A DNA stretch of 59,157 nt, taken from Candidatus Woesearchaeota archaeon. Lineage in GTDB: Archaea; Nanobdellota; Nanobdellia; Woesearchaeales; UBA10216. Position numbers and translations under genes: made by a program. Every line of letters starts with the position of its first letter. Positions within the stretch are counted from its first letter, which is position 1. The notes under the pieces were generated by a model. The model was not told the origin of the DNA. It did not search any database and was given only the letters and a program-made list of their open reading frames with translations. This document shows positions 34,748-44,179 of the stretch, in pieces. The stretch is from assembly GCA_016935265.1 (NCBI GenBank), contig JAFGRH010000043.1, positions 1 through 59,157 on the forward strand, given 5' to 3'.

Positions 34748-35161
34748 TTAAAGCCCATAATTAGAATGTATCAAGGGAGTTCTTAGTCCCCTGATAGGTG
34801 CATCCTGCCCTGTTGTCTCCGGCGCTTTTATATCAGTTACGTATTCGATTTCCAAACCTTTAGTATCTCCAAACATTTTCCTTACTTGCTCATCCAGGCT
34901 GTCTGCAATCTCCTCCTCCCCTTCAAGGATTTTCAGTTTTGCATGGGCTGATTTTCCATTATGGCCTGAGGATAGGTCGTAGAAGAAGGCTAAATAATCT
35001 ATATATCCAACCAGCTCTTTGCCCTGCATTAAAAGCAGGTAACGCTGGCTGCCATTTTGGTGGCTTGCCCTTACTCCGTTCCAGTTAACTGCCCTATTTG
35101 CCGCTGAATCCAGCTTTACCAGAAGCCTGAGAAATCCATTATTTGCCAAGGCAGCGTACAT
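34748..35161 (-). CDS. Hypothetical protein.
   Basis: ORF track only. Confidence 0.35.
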   Translation of the reverse strand: MYAALANNGFLRLLVKLDSAANRAVNWNGVRASHQNGSQRYLLLMQGKELVGYIDYLAFFYDLSSGHNGKSAHAKLKILEGEEEIADSLDEQVRKMFGDTKGLEIEYVTDIKAPETTGQDAPIRGLRTPLIHSNYGL

Positions 35162-35246
35162 GCCGACTCTTTTTGGTAAAAAGCCTTTATATTTTTTTGT
35201 ATAATTAATCGCAACCTTTATATTTCAGCCATAAATTCAAATTCTT

Positions 35247-36506
35247 ATGGACGAAACAAAAAACTATTGCGTAAAGGACATGTCATTAGCAGGTCAGGGC
35301 GAGCTTAACATCGAGTGGGCAGAGCGCCAGATGGGTGCGCTTATGAAGGTGAAACAGCGCTTTGAGAAGGAGAAGCCACTCAAAGGAATAAGAGTCGGCC
35401 TTGCTCTGCACGTTACAAAGGAAACCGCTGTTCTTGTTAAGACTCTCATAGCAGGCGGCGCTGATGTTGCCATTGCAGGCTGCAACCCGCTTTCTGCCCA
35501 GGACGATGTCTGCGCAGCAATGGCGAAGTTAGGCGTGAAGGTCTACGCTTACAAGGGCGAAACAAAGGAGGACTACTACAAGTTCATCAACAAGGTTATC
35601 GAGTTTAAGCCGCACATCACGATTGACGATGGCTGTGATTTAGTTACGGAAATACACTCAAAGCATCCTGAATTAATCAAAGACATTATCGGCGGCTGTG
35701 AGGAAACAACAACCGGCGTTATAAGGCTTAAGGCAATGGAGAAGGACAAGGCTTTGAAGTATCCGATGATTGCAGTTAATGATTGCAACACAAAGCACCT
35801 CATGGACAATGTAAAAGGCACGGGCCAGAGCACCATTGACGGCATCCTAAGAGCAACTAACATCCTGATTGCCGGGAAGACCTTTGTTGTCTGCGGATAC
35901 GGCAACTGCGGGAAAGGCGTTGCGAAGCGCGCCCTTGGAATGGATGCCAATATCGTCGTTGTCGAGGTTGACCCGTTCCGCGCCCTTCAGGCAGCCATGG
36001 ACGGATTCAGAGTTTTGACAATGAAGGAAGCAGCGAAAGTTGGCGACATTTTCGTAACAATAACAGGAAACAAGAATGTTATTGACGTAGATCACATGAA
36101 GCTTATGAAAAGCGGCGCAATCCTTGCCAACTCAGGGCATTTTGACGCTGAGATTAACATTAACGGGCTGAAAAAAATTGCAAAGCAGAGAAAAATAAGG
36201 CCTTTCATGGATGAGTTCTCATTTGGCGGCAGGCAAATCTACATTCTTGGCGAGGGAAGGCTGATTAACCTTGCTGCCGCAGAGGGCCACCCCTCAACAA
36301 TCATGGCGATGTCTTTCTGCAACCAGTCTTTTGCCTGCGAGTACCTTGTCCAGAACATGGGCAAGCTCGCTCCAAAAGTCCACCTCCTCCCTCCCGAAAA
36401 GGATGATGAAGTTTCCAGATTACAGCTTGAGGCGATGGGCATCAAGATAGATAGCATGACTGCTGAGCAGAAGAAGTATTCTGAGTCCTGGAAAGAGGGC
36501 ACTTAG
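35247..36506 (+). CDS. ahcY: S-adenosyl-L-homocysteine hydrolase.
   Basis: DMSLAGQGELNIEWAERQMGALM, CNPLSAQDDV, GCEETTTGV and the NAD site VCGYGNCGKGVA. Confidence 0.95.
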   Translation: MDETKNYCVKDMSLAGQGELNIEWAERQMGALMKVKQRFEKEKPLKGIRVGLALHVTKETAVLVKTLIAGGADVAIAGCNPLSAQDDVCAAMAKLGVKVYAYKGETKEDYYKFINKVIEFKPHITIDDGCDLVTEIHSKHPELIKDIIGGCEETTTGVIRLKAMEKDKALKYPMIAVNDCNTKHLMDNVKGTGQSTIDGILRATNILIAGKTFVVCGYGNCGKGVAKRALGMDANIVVVEVDPFRALQAAMDGFRVLTMKEAAKVGDIFVTITGNKNVIDVDHMKLMKSGAILANSGHFDAEININGLKKIAKQRKIRPFMDEFSFGGRQIYILGEGRLINLAAAEGHPSTIMAMSFCNQSFACEYLVQNMGKLAPKVHLLPPEKDDEVSRLQLEAMGIKIDSMTAEQKKYSESWKEGT

Positions 36507-37360
36507 TGCATTTCCTTGCTTAGTATCTGGTAGAACGAGTCGAATATCGGCGTGTCTGTCGTTACGACGTGAAAGTCTGCCTTCATTGCAGCGCACTCCC
36601 TGCCTATCGCAGCTATGTGGTGCTCAAGCTTGTTCTCATAGTCTGATTTTGTGCGAGGGCTTATGAACGTTCTTAACAGCCCGTGGGTTTCTGAGTCCTC
36701 AAGCTTTACATCTCCCTCAATGTCAAGATGCCTTTCTCCTGCGGCAAGCACCTGTATCACTTTTATGTTGTTGTCGCCAAGCTGCAAAAGCCCCTCTTTT
36801 ATGTCATTAACGTCGTAGAGGAAATCGGATATTATTACTATCATTGACTTCGTGCTCAGTATTTTCTTGTACTGCCTCATTGTGTCTGTGAACTGGGAAA
36901 CGCCTTTTGTCTTTGTCTTGTTGAGGTATTCGGTCATGGCTGCCAAATGCGCTAGCCCCCGTCTGGGCTGGAAGAAATCAAGCTTGTCTGAGAATGTTGC
37001 GAACTGGAACTTCTCGTTGTCTTTCAGAGCCAAATAGGCAAATCCCACCCCCAGCATTGCCGCGTAGTCGAATTTGCTCGGCTTGCCGTAGTTCATGCTG
37101 GCGCTCCTGTCCACAATGACATGTACAGTAAGGTTCCTCTCTTCCTCGTATACCTTTATGTAGAGGTCGTCTGTTCTCGCATAAATCCTCCAGTCTATTG
37201 CCCTGAAGTCATCCCCCCATGCGTATATCCTGTGGTCCTTTACGGTTGAGCCCTTTCCCTTGTAGAGTGATTCCCTTTTTCCTGTGTATTTAGAAGTCAC
37301 CCTTTTGTGCACTATTAGGTTAAACTTGTCGAGGCTTGACAAAAATTCTGTCGTAATCAT
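36503..37360 (-). CDS. DUF58-family protein (MoxR-associated, vWA-like).
   Basis: RIYAWGDDFRAIDWRIYARTDDLYIKVYEEERNLTVHVIVDRSASM. Confidence 0.75.
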   Translation of the reverse strand: MITTEFLSSLDKFNLIVHKRVTSKYTGKRESLYKGKGSTVKDHRIYAWGDDFRAIDWRIYARTDDLYIKVYEEERNLTVHVIVDRSASMNYGKPSKFDYAAMLGVGFAYLALKDNEKFQFATFSDKLDFFQPRRGLAHLAAMTEYLNKTKTKGVSQFTDTMRQYKKILSTKSMIVIISDFLYDVNDIKEGLLQLGDNNIKVIQVLAAGERHLDIEGDVKLEDSETHGLLRTFISPRTKSDYENKLEHHIAAIGRECAAMKADFHVVTTDTPIFDSFYQILSKEMH

Positions 37361-37428
37361 TTGTTCACTGGGCTCTCAGTTAACTTTAAAAATTCAAACT
37401 CCTGTGATCATGATTTTAATTTGAATTT

Positions 37429-38364
37429 TTATTTGACCTTCTGAAGAAGCTGGGTTATAGCGTCATCATTGGTAAGCCCTTTCCTCTCAGCTTCGAAGTT
37501 CAGAATTATCCTGTGCCTGAGCACAGGGTAAGCCATTTCCTTTATGTCCTCTGCGCTGACGTGGTTCCTTCCGTTAATCAAGGCACGGGCCTTGCACGCA
37601 ACAACTAGCCCTATTGAGGCTCTCGGGGATGCTCCGTAATCTATCATGTCCTTCTGCATCCTTGTGGCTGTAACAAGCTTCAGAATCCTTTCCTTCAGGT
37701 CCTTGGCTATAGGGACCTGCCTTGTGAGGTTTTGCAGCTCAAACACCTTGTCTTTGTTAAGCACTACCTTAAGGCGCTTCTCCCCTGTAGCTACAGTGTA
37801 TCTGTTTATTATCTCTGTTTCTTCCTCTACGCTGGGGTAATCTGCCTTTATCTTAAGCAAAAACCTGTCTGCCTGCGCCTCTGGCAGCGGATAAGTCCCT
37901 TCCTGTTCTATGGGGTTTTGCGTTGCAAGGACGAAGAACGGAAGCTCAAGCTTATATGTTGACGTTCCTACCGTAACTTGCTTCTCCTGCATTGCCTCAA
38001 GCAGGGCTGACTGGGTTTTCGGGGTTGCCCTGTTTATCTCGTCAGCAAGCACAAGGTTCGCGAATATTGGCCCTGGGTTGAACTTGAACTGCCTCTTGCC
38101 GTCCTTTTCCTCTATTATGTAGGTTCCTGTTATGTCTGACGGCATAAGGTCAGGCGTGTTCTGTATCCTGCTGAACCTTAAGTCCATTATTCTTGCCAGG
38201 GTCCTTACGGAAAGCGTTTTCGCCAGCCCAGGGTAGCCCTCAAGAAGGGCGTTTCCGTCGCTAAGTATCGCTACAAGTACCTGCTCTATCACGTTTCTCT
38301 GGCCGACAACTACCTTGCCGACTTCAGTAAAAAGTTCATCGAATAACTTCTGGTAAGCCTGCAT
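37429..38364 (-). CDS. MoxR-family AAA+ ATPase.
   Basis: LLEGYPGLAKTLSVRTLA, LADEINRATPKTQSALLEAMQE, ATQNPIEQEGTYPLPEAQADRF. Confidence 0.9.
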   Translation of the reverse strand: MQAYQKLFDELFTEVGKVVVGQRNVIEQVLVAILSDGNALLEGYPGLAKTLSVRTLARIMDLRFSRIQNTPDLMPSDITGTYIIEEKDGKRQFKFNPGPIFANLVLADEINRATPKTQSALLEAMQEKQVTVGTSTYKLELPFFVLATQNPIEQEGTYPLPEAQADRFLLKIKADYPSVEEETEIINRYTVATGEKRLKVVLNKDKVFELQNLTRQVPIAKDLKERILKLVTATRMQKDMIDYGASPRASIGLVVACKARALINGRNHVSAEDIKEMAYPVLRHRIILNFEAERKGLTNDDAITQLLQKVK

Positions 38365-38365
38365 A

Positions 38366-39175
38366 TTAACCCTCCTGCACTAACTGCTTAAAATAGTTTT
38401 TGACTAATTCCTGCTGTTCCTTTGGAATGTTCTCTTCGAGCACCTCTCCTGAAGAGGCTGCTATCTCTGTCGGGTATGTCTCCTCAAACTCTACTTCCCT
38501 CACATCCTTCACGTCCCTAAGGTTTATCTCGTGCCCACCTGGGTTGAACTCTACGAAGAGCTCATCTTCCCCCAGCTTTGCGACTGAGAGCTTGCCATAT
38601 ATTTCCTCATCCCCGAAAATCTCCCCTGCCTGCTCTGCTCCTCCGGTTGAAGCCCCCGGATAAGCTTCCTCATCACTAAGAAGCGCGCCCGGGCTTCCAT
38701 CCCCGGGTATTATCTTTGAAAGGTCGAACTGGAAAATCCCTGCAAGGGATATGGGTGAAAAGAAGAATATTAGGAAGCAAAGAAATACTATCACTCCGCT
38801 CTTTATGTATGTTTCTCGGTTATTGAAGAAGGATGATTCCTCAACCTTCCTTAAGCTCCTCATTACCTCTGCCTGCAGCTCGTTTACAACAGGGTTTTCC
38901 TTGTACTGGTTCTCGACTGCAGTCCTGAACTTCTCCTTAAGCGTTGAGTAGCGCTCCTCAACTAGGCTTGAGGCGCTTTGCCTCATTCTCCTGATGGAGA
39001 ATATAGCAGCGTAAAGGAGGGTCGGTATTAGCGCATAAAGAGTTTTTGCGCCAAAAATCAGGAGCACAAGGTAAAAAACAAGGAAGACTATGAACATGTT
39101 CATGATTATCTCAAAGGCAGCCAGCTTCCGCAGGGAAAACCGTACTTCCTTTACCGCGTCCCTGAATGTTTTCAT
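38366..39175 (-). CDS. Membrane protein of the MoxR/vWA operon.
   Basis: ORF track. Three TM segments. Tight spacing with the neighbouring genes. Confidence 0.5.
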   Translation of the reverse strand: MKTFRDAVKEVRFSLRKLAAFEIIMNMFIVFLVFYLVLLIFGAKTLYALIPTLLYAAIFSIRRMRQSASSLVEERYSTLKEKFRTAVENQYKENPVVNELQAEVMRSLRKVEESSFFNNRETYIKSGVIVFLCFLIFFFSPISLAGIFQFDLSKIIPGDGSPGALLSDEEAYPGASTGGAEQAGEIFGDEEIYGKLSVAKLGEDELFVEFNPGGHEINLRDVKDVREVEFEETYPTEIAASSGEVLEENIPKEQQELVKNYFKQLVQEG

Positions 39176-39176
39176 T

Positions 39177-39662
39177 TTAGCATTGGCTGGGGTCGAGTGT
39201 GCAAATCTCTTTTCTCAAGTCGAAAACCTCGTCCTCAAGGTCCTCTATCTCTTCCTGGTAGTTCTCTACCTGTGCTGTTTTCCTTGCTAGCTCCTCCTGT
39301 GTCAGAAGGAGGTTTCTCTCTGAAGTTTCAAGAGATGCTTTTGTGCTTGCAAGCGCCTCAAGCGTGCTGGTAAGGTCTATCCTTAGCTGTTCGTTGTCAG
39401 AGCTGAGCTCGCCGTAAAGCCTGTCGAGCGTTGTCTTGTCCTCGGACTTTATTTTGAGCTGGGATAGGGTGCTGTTGAGCTCCATTTTCTGCACTGTGAG
39501 GTTCTTTGTAAGCAGGTTGACCTGCTCAACAGTTTCGGTGTAGCTTGCGGATATGTTCCTGTAAGTATTCTGGTAGTATGTGGTCAGCCCTATCATTGAG
39601 CCTAGCACTACTACTATCAGAAGCAAAAGCAGCAGGTTCACGTTCTTCTTGAGATAGCCCAT
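39177..39662 (-). CDS. N-terminally anchored coiled-coil protein.
   Basis: TM LLLLLIVVVLGSMIGLTTYY, then heptad-like repeats. Confidence 0.45.
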   Translation of the reverse strand: MGYLKKNVNLLLLLLIVVVLGSMIGLTTYYQNTYRNISASYTETVEQVNLLTKNLTVQKMELNSTLSQLKIKSEDKTTLDRLYGELSSDNEQLRIDLTSTLEALASTKASLETSERNLLLTQEELARKTAQVENYQEEIEDLEDEVFDLRKEICTLDPSQC

Positions 39663-39681
39663 ACCAATTCCTCTGTAATTT

Positions 39682-42078
39682 TCATTTATTTAGGTTTCTA
39701 TTTTCGCCTATTTTCCTTATCGCCACTTCAACAATAAAAAGTGTGAGCGCAAATATTATGAAAACCCAGCTGTAGCTTACTTTTGTTGTTTCCATTCTTC
39801 TTGCATCGTTCTCAACCTTATCTATTATGCTTTGATAGTCATCAGGCTGGAACATCTCGCCGTTGCTCAGGAAAACAAGGGTGTAAAGCTGGGGGTTAAG
39901 GCCGACTGCCGACAGCTCCTTGTTGTAGTTGACAGCAGCAACTCCGTTAAGCACCTTCTCGAACCCTACTTGCTCAGGAACAAATGAGCTAGTATAAAGG
40001 TTCTCTCCTGTTTTTGAGAACTTCAGCGGGTCATGTACTGGCATTGCTTTTGATATCACAGCTACCTGCATCTCCTCTCCAAGGTAGATGTCTTTAATGT
40101 TTACGTCAAACTCCTTGTTCCTGCTTAGGTCCCCGACTGCCCAGTTTACAGTTTTCGTTATCAGCTTTGAGTTCTGCTTGCTTAGCATCTGCCCCGCCCA
40201 TGCAGAGCCGTCATCTGTTGAGAGCACGGCTATCCTTCCGAGCCCGAACCTCCACGCGCTCAGGAGAGGGTTGTTAGTGGCAGTTGCTACAAGAAGGTCT
40301 GCGTTCGGCTTTGGCACAACAAAGTTAAAGCCTGTTACTTCCCCGCTGAGAAGGAGGTTTCTTGTTATGAAGTGGTATCCGTTGATTATTTCCATTCTGT
40401 AAGTATCATCGGTTTCTTGCTCAGGCTCCCCGAAAAGTATCCTCAGCTTTGTGCTTTCTGTTGCCTTGAAGTAGACGCCGTTTCCTGCTTCTGTGATTTC
40501 CTTAAGGTGCTCTGCTCCGTAAGAGTCATCTCCTACCTGTATTGCATAGACCTTTGTTCCCTGCTGGGCTGCAATCCTTGCAGCATATACGTCATCAGCA
40601 GCAGGGCCTCCGGGCAGGCCGTCTGATATGAGTATTATGTTTTTGCTTCCGCTTAACGGGGCGAGCACCTTTCTTGCCGCTACTATGGCTTCGCCGATAA
40701 GCGTTCCAGGGCCCGGCTGCGAGAATATCCTCCCTATTTTTTCCTCGAGCCCTACCTTTTGGGAAAGCGTTGAAAGGCTTGAAACCTCTATCTGTTTTGT
40801 ATGGAAGGCTATTACCGCAACTTTGTCGTCTGACTTCAATTCTTTAAGCAGGTCAAGCGCAAGAGCTTTCTCAATCTCTGCCTTTGTGTAATCGCTTCCC
40901 GCAACTCTCGCACTGCTCGTTCCTGATATGTCAAGCAGTATTACTATGTTGACGTCTTTCCTCGCGTCTTCTGTTCCTGTCCCCACAACTACGGGCAGCA
41001 GGCTCTCGAAAACAGAGCCTTTGTAGTTTCCCCTGTCAAATGAGTTCTTCCCGCCGACAACAACAAGCCCGTTCCCGTCTGCAACATGCCCTGCAAGGTC
41101 GTCGACAGGGATTGCGCTTTCCGGCATGTTGTTAAGGACGATTGCAGAATATTTCTGGTAGTCATAACTTAAGCTTGTTGATGTGCTGAGGTCGTACAGC
41201 TGGGACATTACCTGCTGGAGCGGGGAGCTTGTCTGGCTTACGAGAAGGACCTTTGGCTTTGGCTCGACCTTGACGACCTTGTAAAAGACATTGTTTTCCT
41301 TGAAGTAGTCATCAGAATTTATCTCTGCCTTTATCTTGTGGTAGCCCTCTGTAAGGGCAACTGTGAAGCTGAACCTTGAAGGCTCAGAGGCGCTCTGCCT
41401 GAAAACCTCTTTGTCATCCACTTCAACTGTTATTACGTAAGCCGGCATGTCAGCTGCCTCGTCAACAACAACGAAAAACTCGGTGTCCGTGTCAACTGTG
41501 GTGATTGATGGGCCGTCCACCCTTACAAGGGCATCTTTCCTCACAGCAGCCATGTCAAGCGCGCTTATTGTTGTGTTAAGCTTTGTTGCAAAAAGCATTA
41601 CGTCCCCCAAGCTTCTTCCGTAGTGCGAGTTCCCGTCGCTCACGAGAAGGATGCTGTCATCCCCCTGAGCATAGTTCAGGATTGCGTCTCCGAGCGCAGA
41701 GCGGTTTTCAAAAGCCACTGTCCTCGTCTCAACCGGAATTTCGCTTTTTACAGCGTTCTTTATGGACTCTACTGTTTCTGCAGTATCAAAAAGCTTCATT
41801 GACTCTGATTCGTCAACAAAGATTGTAAGCTTGGGCTCTCCCTTTACAAGCCTTGTTTCTGAGTTAAAAGGCTCTGATAAAGCGATTATCAGAAGCGAGA
41901 AAATTATTGTCCTCGAAACAAAAATCAGGATTCTTGTTCCCTTCCTGCTACTCAGATAGCCCTTGTACTCCGTCTTGTTCCTGAACCTTACGAAGTTCTT
42001 TTTAATAAGGAATATTAGGAAAAGCGCAACTGCAGGTATAAGCAGCAGGATGTCCAGGCGCTCGAATCCCCAGGTCAT
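39682..42078 (-). CDS. Large membrane-anchored vWA-domain protein (BatB-like).
   Basis: N-terminal TMs. MIDAS-like VNIVILLDISGTSS. C-terminal TM. Confidence 0.7.
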   Translation of the reverse strand: MTWGFERLDILLLIPAVALFLIFLIKKNFVRFRNKTEYKGYLSSRKGTRILIFVSRTIIFSLLIIALSEPFNSETRLVKGEPKLTIFVDESESMKLFDTAETVESIKNAVKSEIPVETRTVAFENRSALGDAILNYAQGDDSILLVSDGNSHYGRSLGDVMLFATKLNTTISALDMAAVRKDALVRVDGPSITTVDTDTEFFVVVDEAADMPAYVITVEVDDKEVFRQSASEPSRFSFTVALTEGYHKIKAEINSDDYFKENNVFYKVVKVEPKPKVLLVSQTSSPLQQVMSQLYDLSTSTSLSYDYQKYSAIVLNNMPESAIPVDDLAGHVADGNGLVVVGGKNSFDRGNYKGSVFESLLPVVVGTGTEDARKDVNIVILLDISGTSSARVAGSDYTKAEIEKALALDLLKELKSDDKVAVIAFHTKQIEVSSLSTLSQKVGLEEKIGRIFSQPGPGTLIGEAIVAARKVLAPLSGSKNIILISDGLPGGPAADDVYAARIAAQQGTKVYAIQVGDDSYGAEHLKEITEAGNGVYFKATESTKLRILFGEPEQETDDTYRMEIINGYHFITRNLLLSGEVTGFNFVVPKPNADLLVATATNNPLLSAWRFGLGRIAVLSTDDGSAWAGQMLSKQNSKLITKTVNWAVGDLSRNKEFDVNIKDIYLGEEMQVAVISKAMPVHDPLKFSKTGENLYTSSFVPEQVGFEKVLNGVAAVNYNKELSAVGLNPQLYTLVFLSNGEMFQPDDYQSIIDKVENDARRMETTKVSYSWVFIIFALTLFIVEVAIRKIGENRNLNK

Positions 42079-43865
42079 ATGTCCCCCCTGTACTTTATGT
42101 ATATCAGCTCTGCCAGGAGCAGGCAGGCTGCTATTGCGGCAATAAGGAGCTGGAAATCATCCCTCGCCTTCTCCCTCCTCCCGCCAAGCAGGAGCTCTGC
42201 TTCCTCTTCCTTTACCCCGCCATCTCCGCTTATTTCAGACTCTTCCTCGTTCAGGAGGTTTGCGACAACATCCCTTCCGTCAAAGGAGTACTTTCCTACT
42301 TTGTCAAAAATAACCCTCGTTGTCTCAACGCTTCCTGATGGCGTCTGCACTTTCTGTTCCGGAACAATAAGGGTCCTGCCTGTTGCGAAGTTGTAGTCAG
42401 CAAGGTCCTCCCTCTGCATAAGGTAGTTTATCAGCCCGTTCCAGAATATCGGGTAGTCAGTGGATGATTTGAAAGTGCTGTATTCGTCAAATATGCCGTA
42501 GTAAACAACGTTTCCTGTTTCGTATTTGCTGAGCGTTATTAGCGGGATGTCCCCTTTCTCAAGTGTGGCTATTGGCGTAAGTTCCTCTGAAGGCTCTGCG
42601 AGGAAGTACCTGTTTGCTATGTGCTTCGTTATTATGTGCTTTGTGAATGAGCTTTCACTGAAGACCACTCCGGAGCTTTCTTCGCTTGTTTTGCCAAGGC
42701 TTACAGGGATTAATTCCCATTCAGGCATTTTTTCCTGCGCAGTTATTATCAGGCTTCTTCCCCCCTTAACCATTTTCTCAATTTCTTCGTAGAAGCCCGG
42801 CAGCATGAATTCAAGGTCTACCTTGTGGATTATTATTACGTCGTATTCAAATGCCGGAACTACCGGCGGCTCGCTTACCGTAAGCTTTATGTCCCTCGCA
42901 GCCTGAAGCGCTGTTTTTATGTTGCTTTTCTCTGCATTGGTTATAAGTAGGACATTTGTCTTTTGCGTGTCAGGCGCGCTTATGTACGCATAGTTGTCTG
43001 TCAGCAGGTCATCCTGCGGCTTCAGCTCAATCTGCGTTATTCCCTGCGGTGTTTCAAAGGTGAAAGTCTCTATTGAGTCTGCTGCCACCATCTTTGTGAA
43101 AGTTTTTGTGCCGACCTGAAGGGCGAGGCTTAAAGGCTCATCATTAAAGTTCTTAACAGTGGCTTTTGAGTCAAGCCGCCCAACATCAAGGGCTATTATG
43201 CCTGCGTTTTTTGCCTCTCCTGAAACCTCAATAAGCTCTACCTCAAGCCCGCTTGCCAGCAGCGCCCTCTTTGCCGCTATCGGGTCAGGCCCCTCATTGT
43301 AGTTGAAGTCGCTGAATACGTAAACAAGCCCTTTCTCACCCTCAACAATGTTTATTGCTGTCAGCATCGCATCCCCTATGTTGGTTGCGGTGTCCCTCGC
43401 TTCAATAGTTGACAGGGCATCCCTCGCCTCTGAGCCGCTTCCCTTATCAAGGAGGACTATGGGAATGTTTGCAGCCATAACAATGCTGACTTTCCCGCTT
43501 AGGTGCCCATTTGCGAGGTCAACAGCCCTCTCAAACCTTGTTGAGCTGCCTTCCTTTGTCTGCATGCTGGCAGAAGCGTCAATTACTATTATCGTGTTCT
43601 CTGCAGCAATTGTGGCGTCAACAAGCGAGTAAGGCTCTGTCAGCGAGAACGCAAGCAGGAGTATTGCCAGCAGCTGAAGGATGAAAAGTAGGTTGTGTAG
43701 TATCCTCCTCAGGAAAGTGGAATGTCTGAAGAAGCCCTTGTCCCGCATGAAGAACATAAGGGATGGAATCATCTTCTCCTTCGGCTTCGGCCTTATCAGG
43801 TAGAGCAGTATGAAAGGGATTAAGCTAAGGAACGCATACCAGCCGATAGAGTTTCCAAAAGGCAT
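42075..43865 (-). CDS. BatA-like vWA-domain membrane protein.
   Basis: Two N-terminal TMs. MIDAS IIVIDASASMQT. C-terminal TM. Confidence 0.75.
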   Translation of the reverse strand: MPFGNSIGWYAFLSLIPFILLYLIRPKPKEKMIPSLMFFMRDKGFFRHSTFLRRILHNLLFILQLLAILLLAFSLTEPYSLVDATIAAENTIIVIDASASMQTKEGSSTRFERAVDLANGHLSGKVSIVMAANIPIVLLDKGSGSEARDALSTIEARDTATNIGDAMLTAINIVEGEKGLVYVFSDFNYNEGPDPIAAKRALLASGLEVELIEVSGEAKNAGIIALDVGRLDSKATVKNFNDEPLSLALQVGTKTFTKMVAADSIETFTFETPQGITQIELKPQDDLLTDNYAYISAPDTQKTNVLLITNAEKSNIKTALQAARDIKLTVSEPPVVPAFEYDVIIIHKVDLEFMLPGFYEEIEKMVKGGRSLIITAQEKMPEWELIPVSLGKTSEESSGVVFSESSFTKHIITKHIANRYFLAEPSEELTPIATLEKGDIPLITLSKYETGNVVYYGIFDEYSTFKSSTDYPIFWNGLINYLMQREDLADYNFATGRTLIVPEQKVQTPSGSVETTRVIFDKVGKYSFDGRDVVANLLNEEESEISGDGGVKEEEAELLLGGRREKARDDFQLLIAAIAACLLLAELIYIKYRGDI

Positions 43866-43903
43866 AGTGGCTCCTTAGAATCCGCTGTTTTAAAAGGTTT
43901 CTC

Positions 43904-44179
43904 TCAACCCTTAAACTTGTACTTGCCAGCGCACCTTTCCGAGCAGAAGCGGTAGATGTGGTCGTCATATTCTCTCTCAACAACATCATCTGCCAGAGGC
44001 TTCCCGCAGTTGGCGCATTTGGCTTGTTTCTCCCCTTCCTCGTAGCCCTGCATGAACCCTGCCTCTCTCGGGCTTATCTCAGAATCGGCAACTAGGTCAT
44101 CTCTTCCTTCCTCTTCGTAAACGTCCTCATCGCGCTCTCCTTTCTCCATCATCTCCTCTTTATCATCGTCAAAAGTCAT
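43904..44179 (-). CDS. Acidic protein with a C-terminal TRASH/YHS-like zinc finger.
   Basis: CANCGKPL....(19 aa)....FCSERCAGKY. Confidence 0.5.
   Translation of the reverse strand: MTFDDDKEEMMEKGERDEDVYEEEGRDDLVADSEISPREAGFMQGYEEGEKQAKCANCGKPLADDVVEREYDDHIYRFCSERCAGKYKFKG

Noticed and set aside
37388-37430. An 11-bp inverted repeat, AAAAATTCAAA...TTTGAATTTTT, between the MoxR and DUF58 genes.
   Set aside because: It is made entirely of A/T-rich sequence in an intra-operon spacer and overlaps the moxR stop codon. It is plausibly a weak hairpin or promoter-like DNA, and I have no basis to assign a function.
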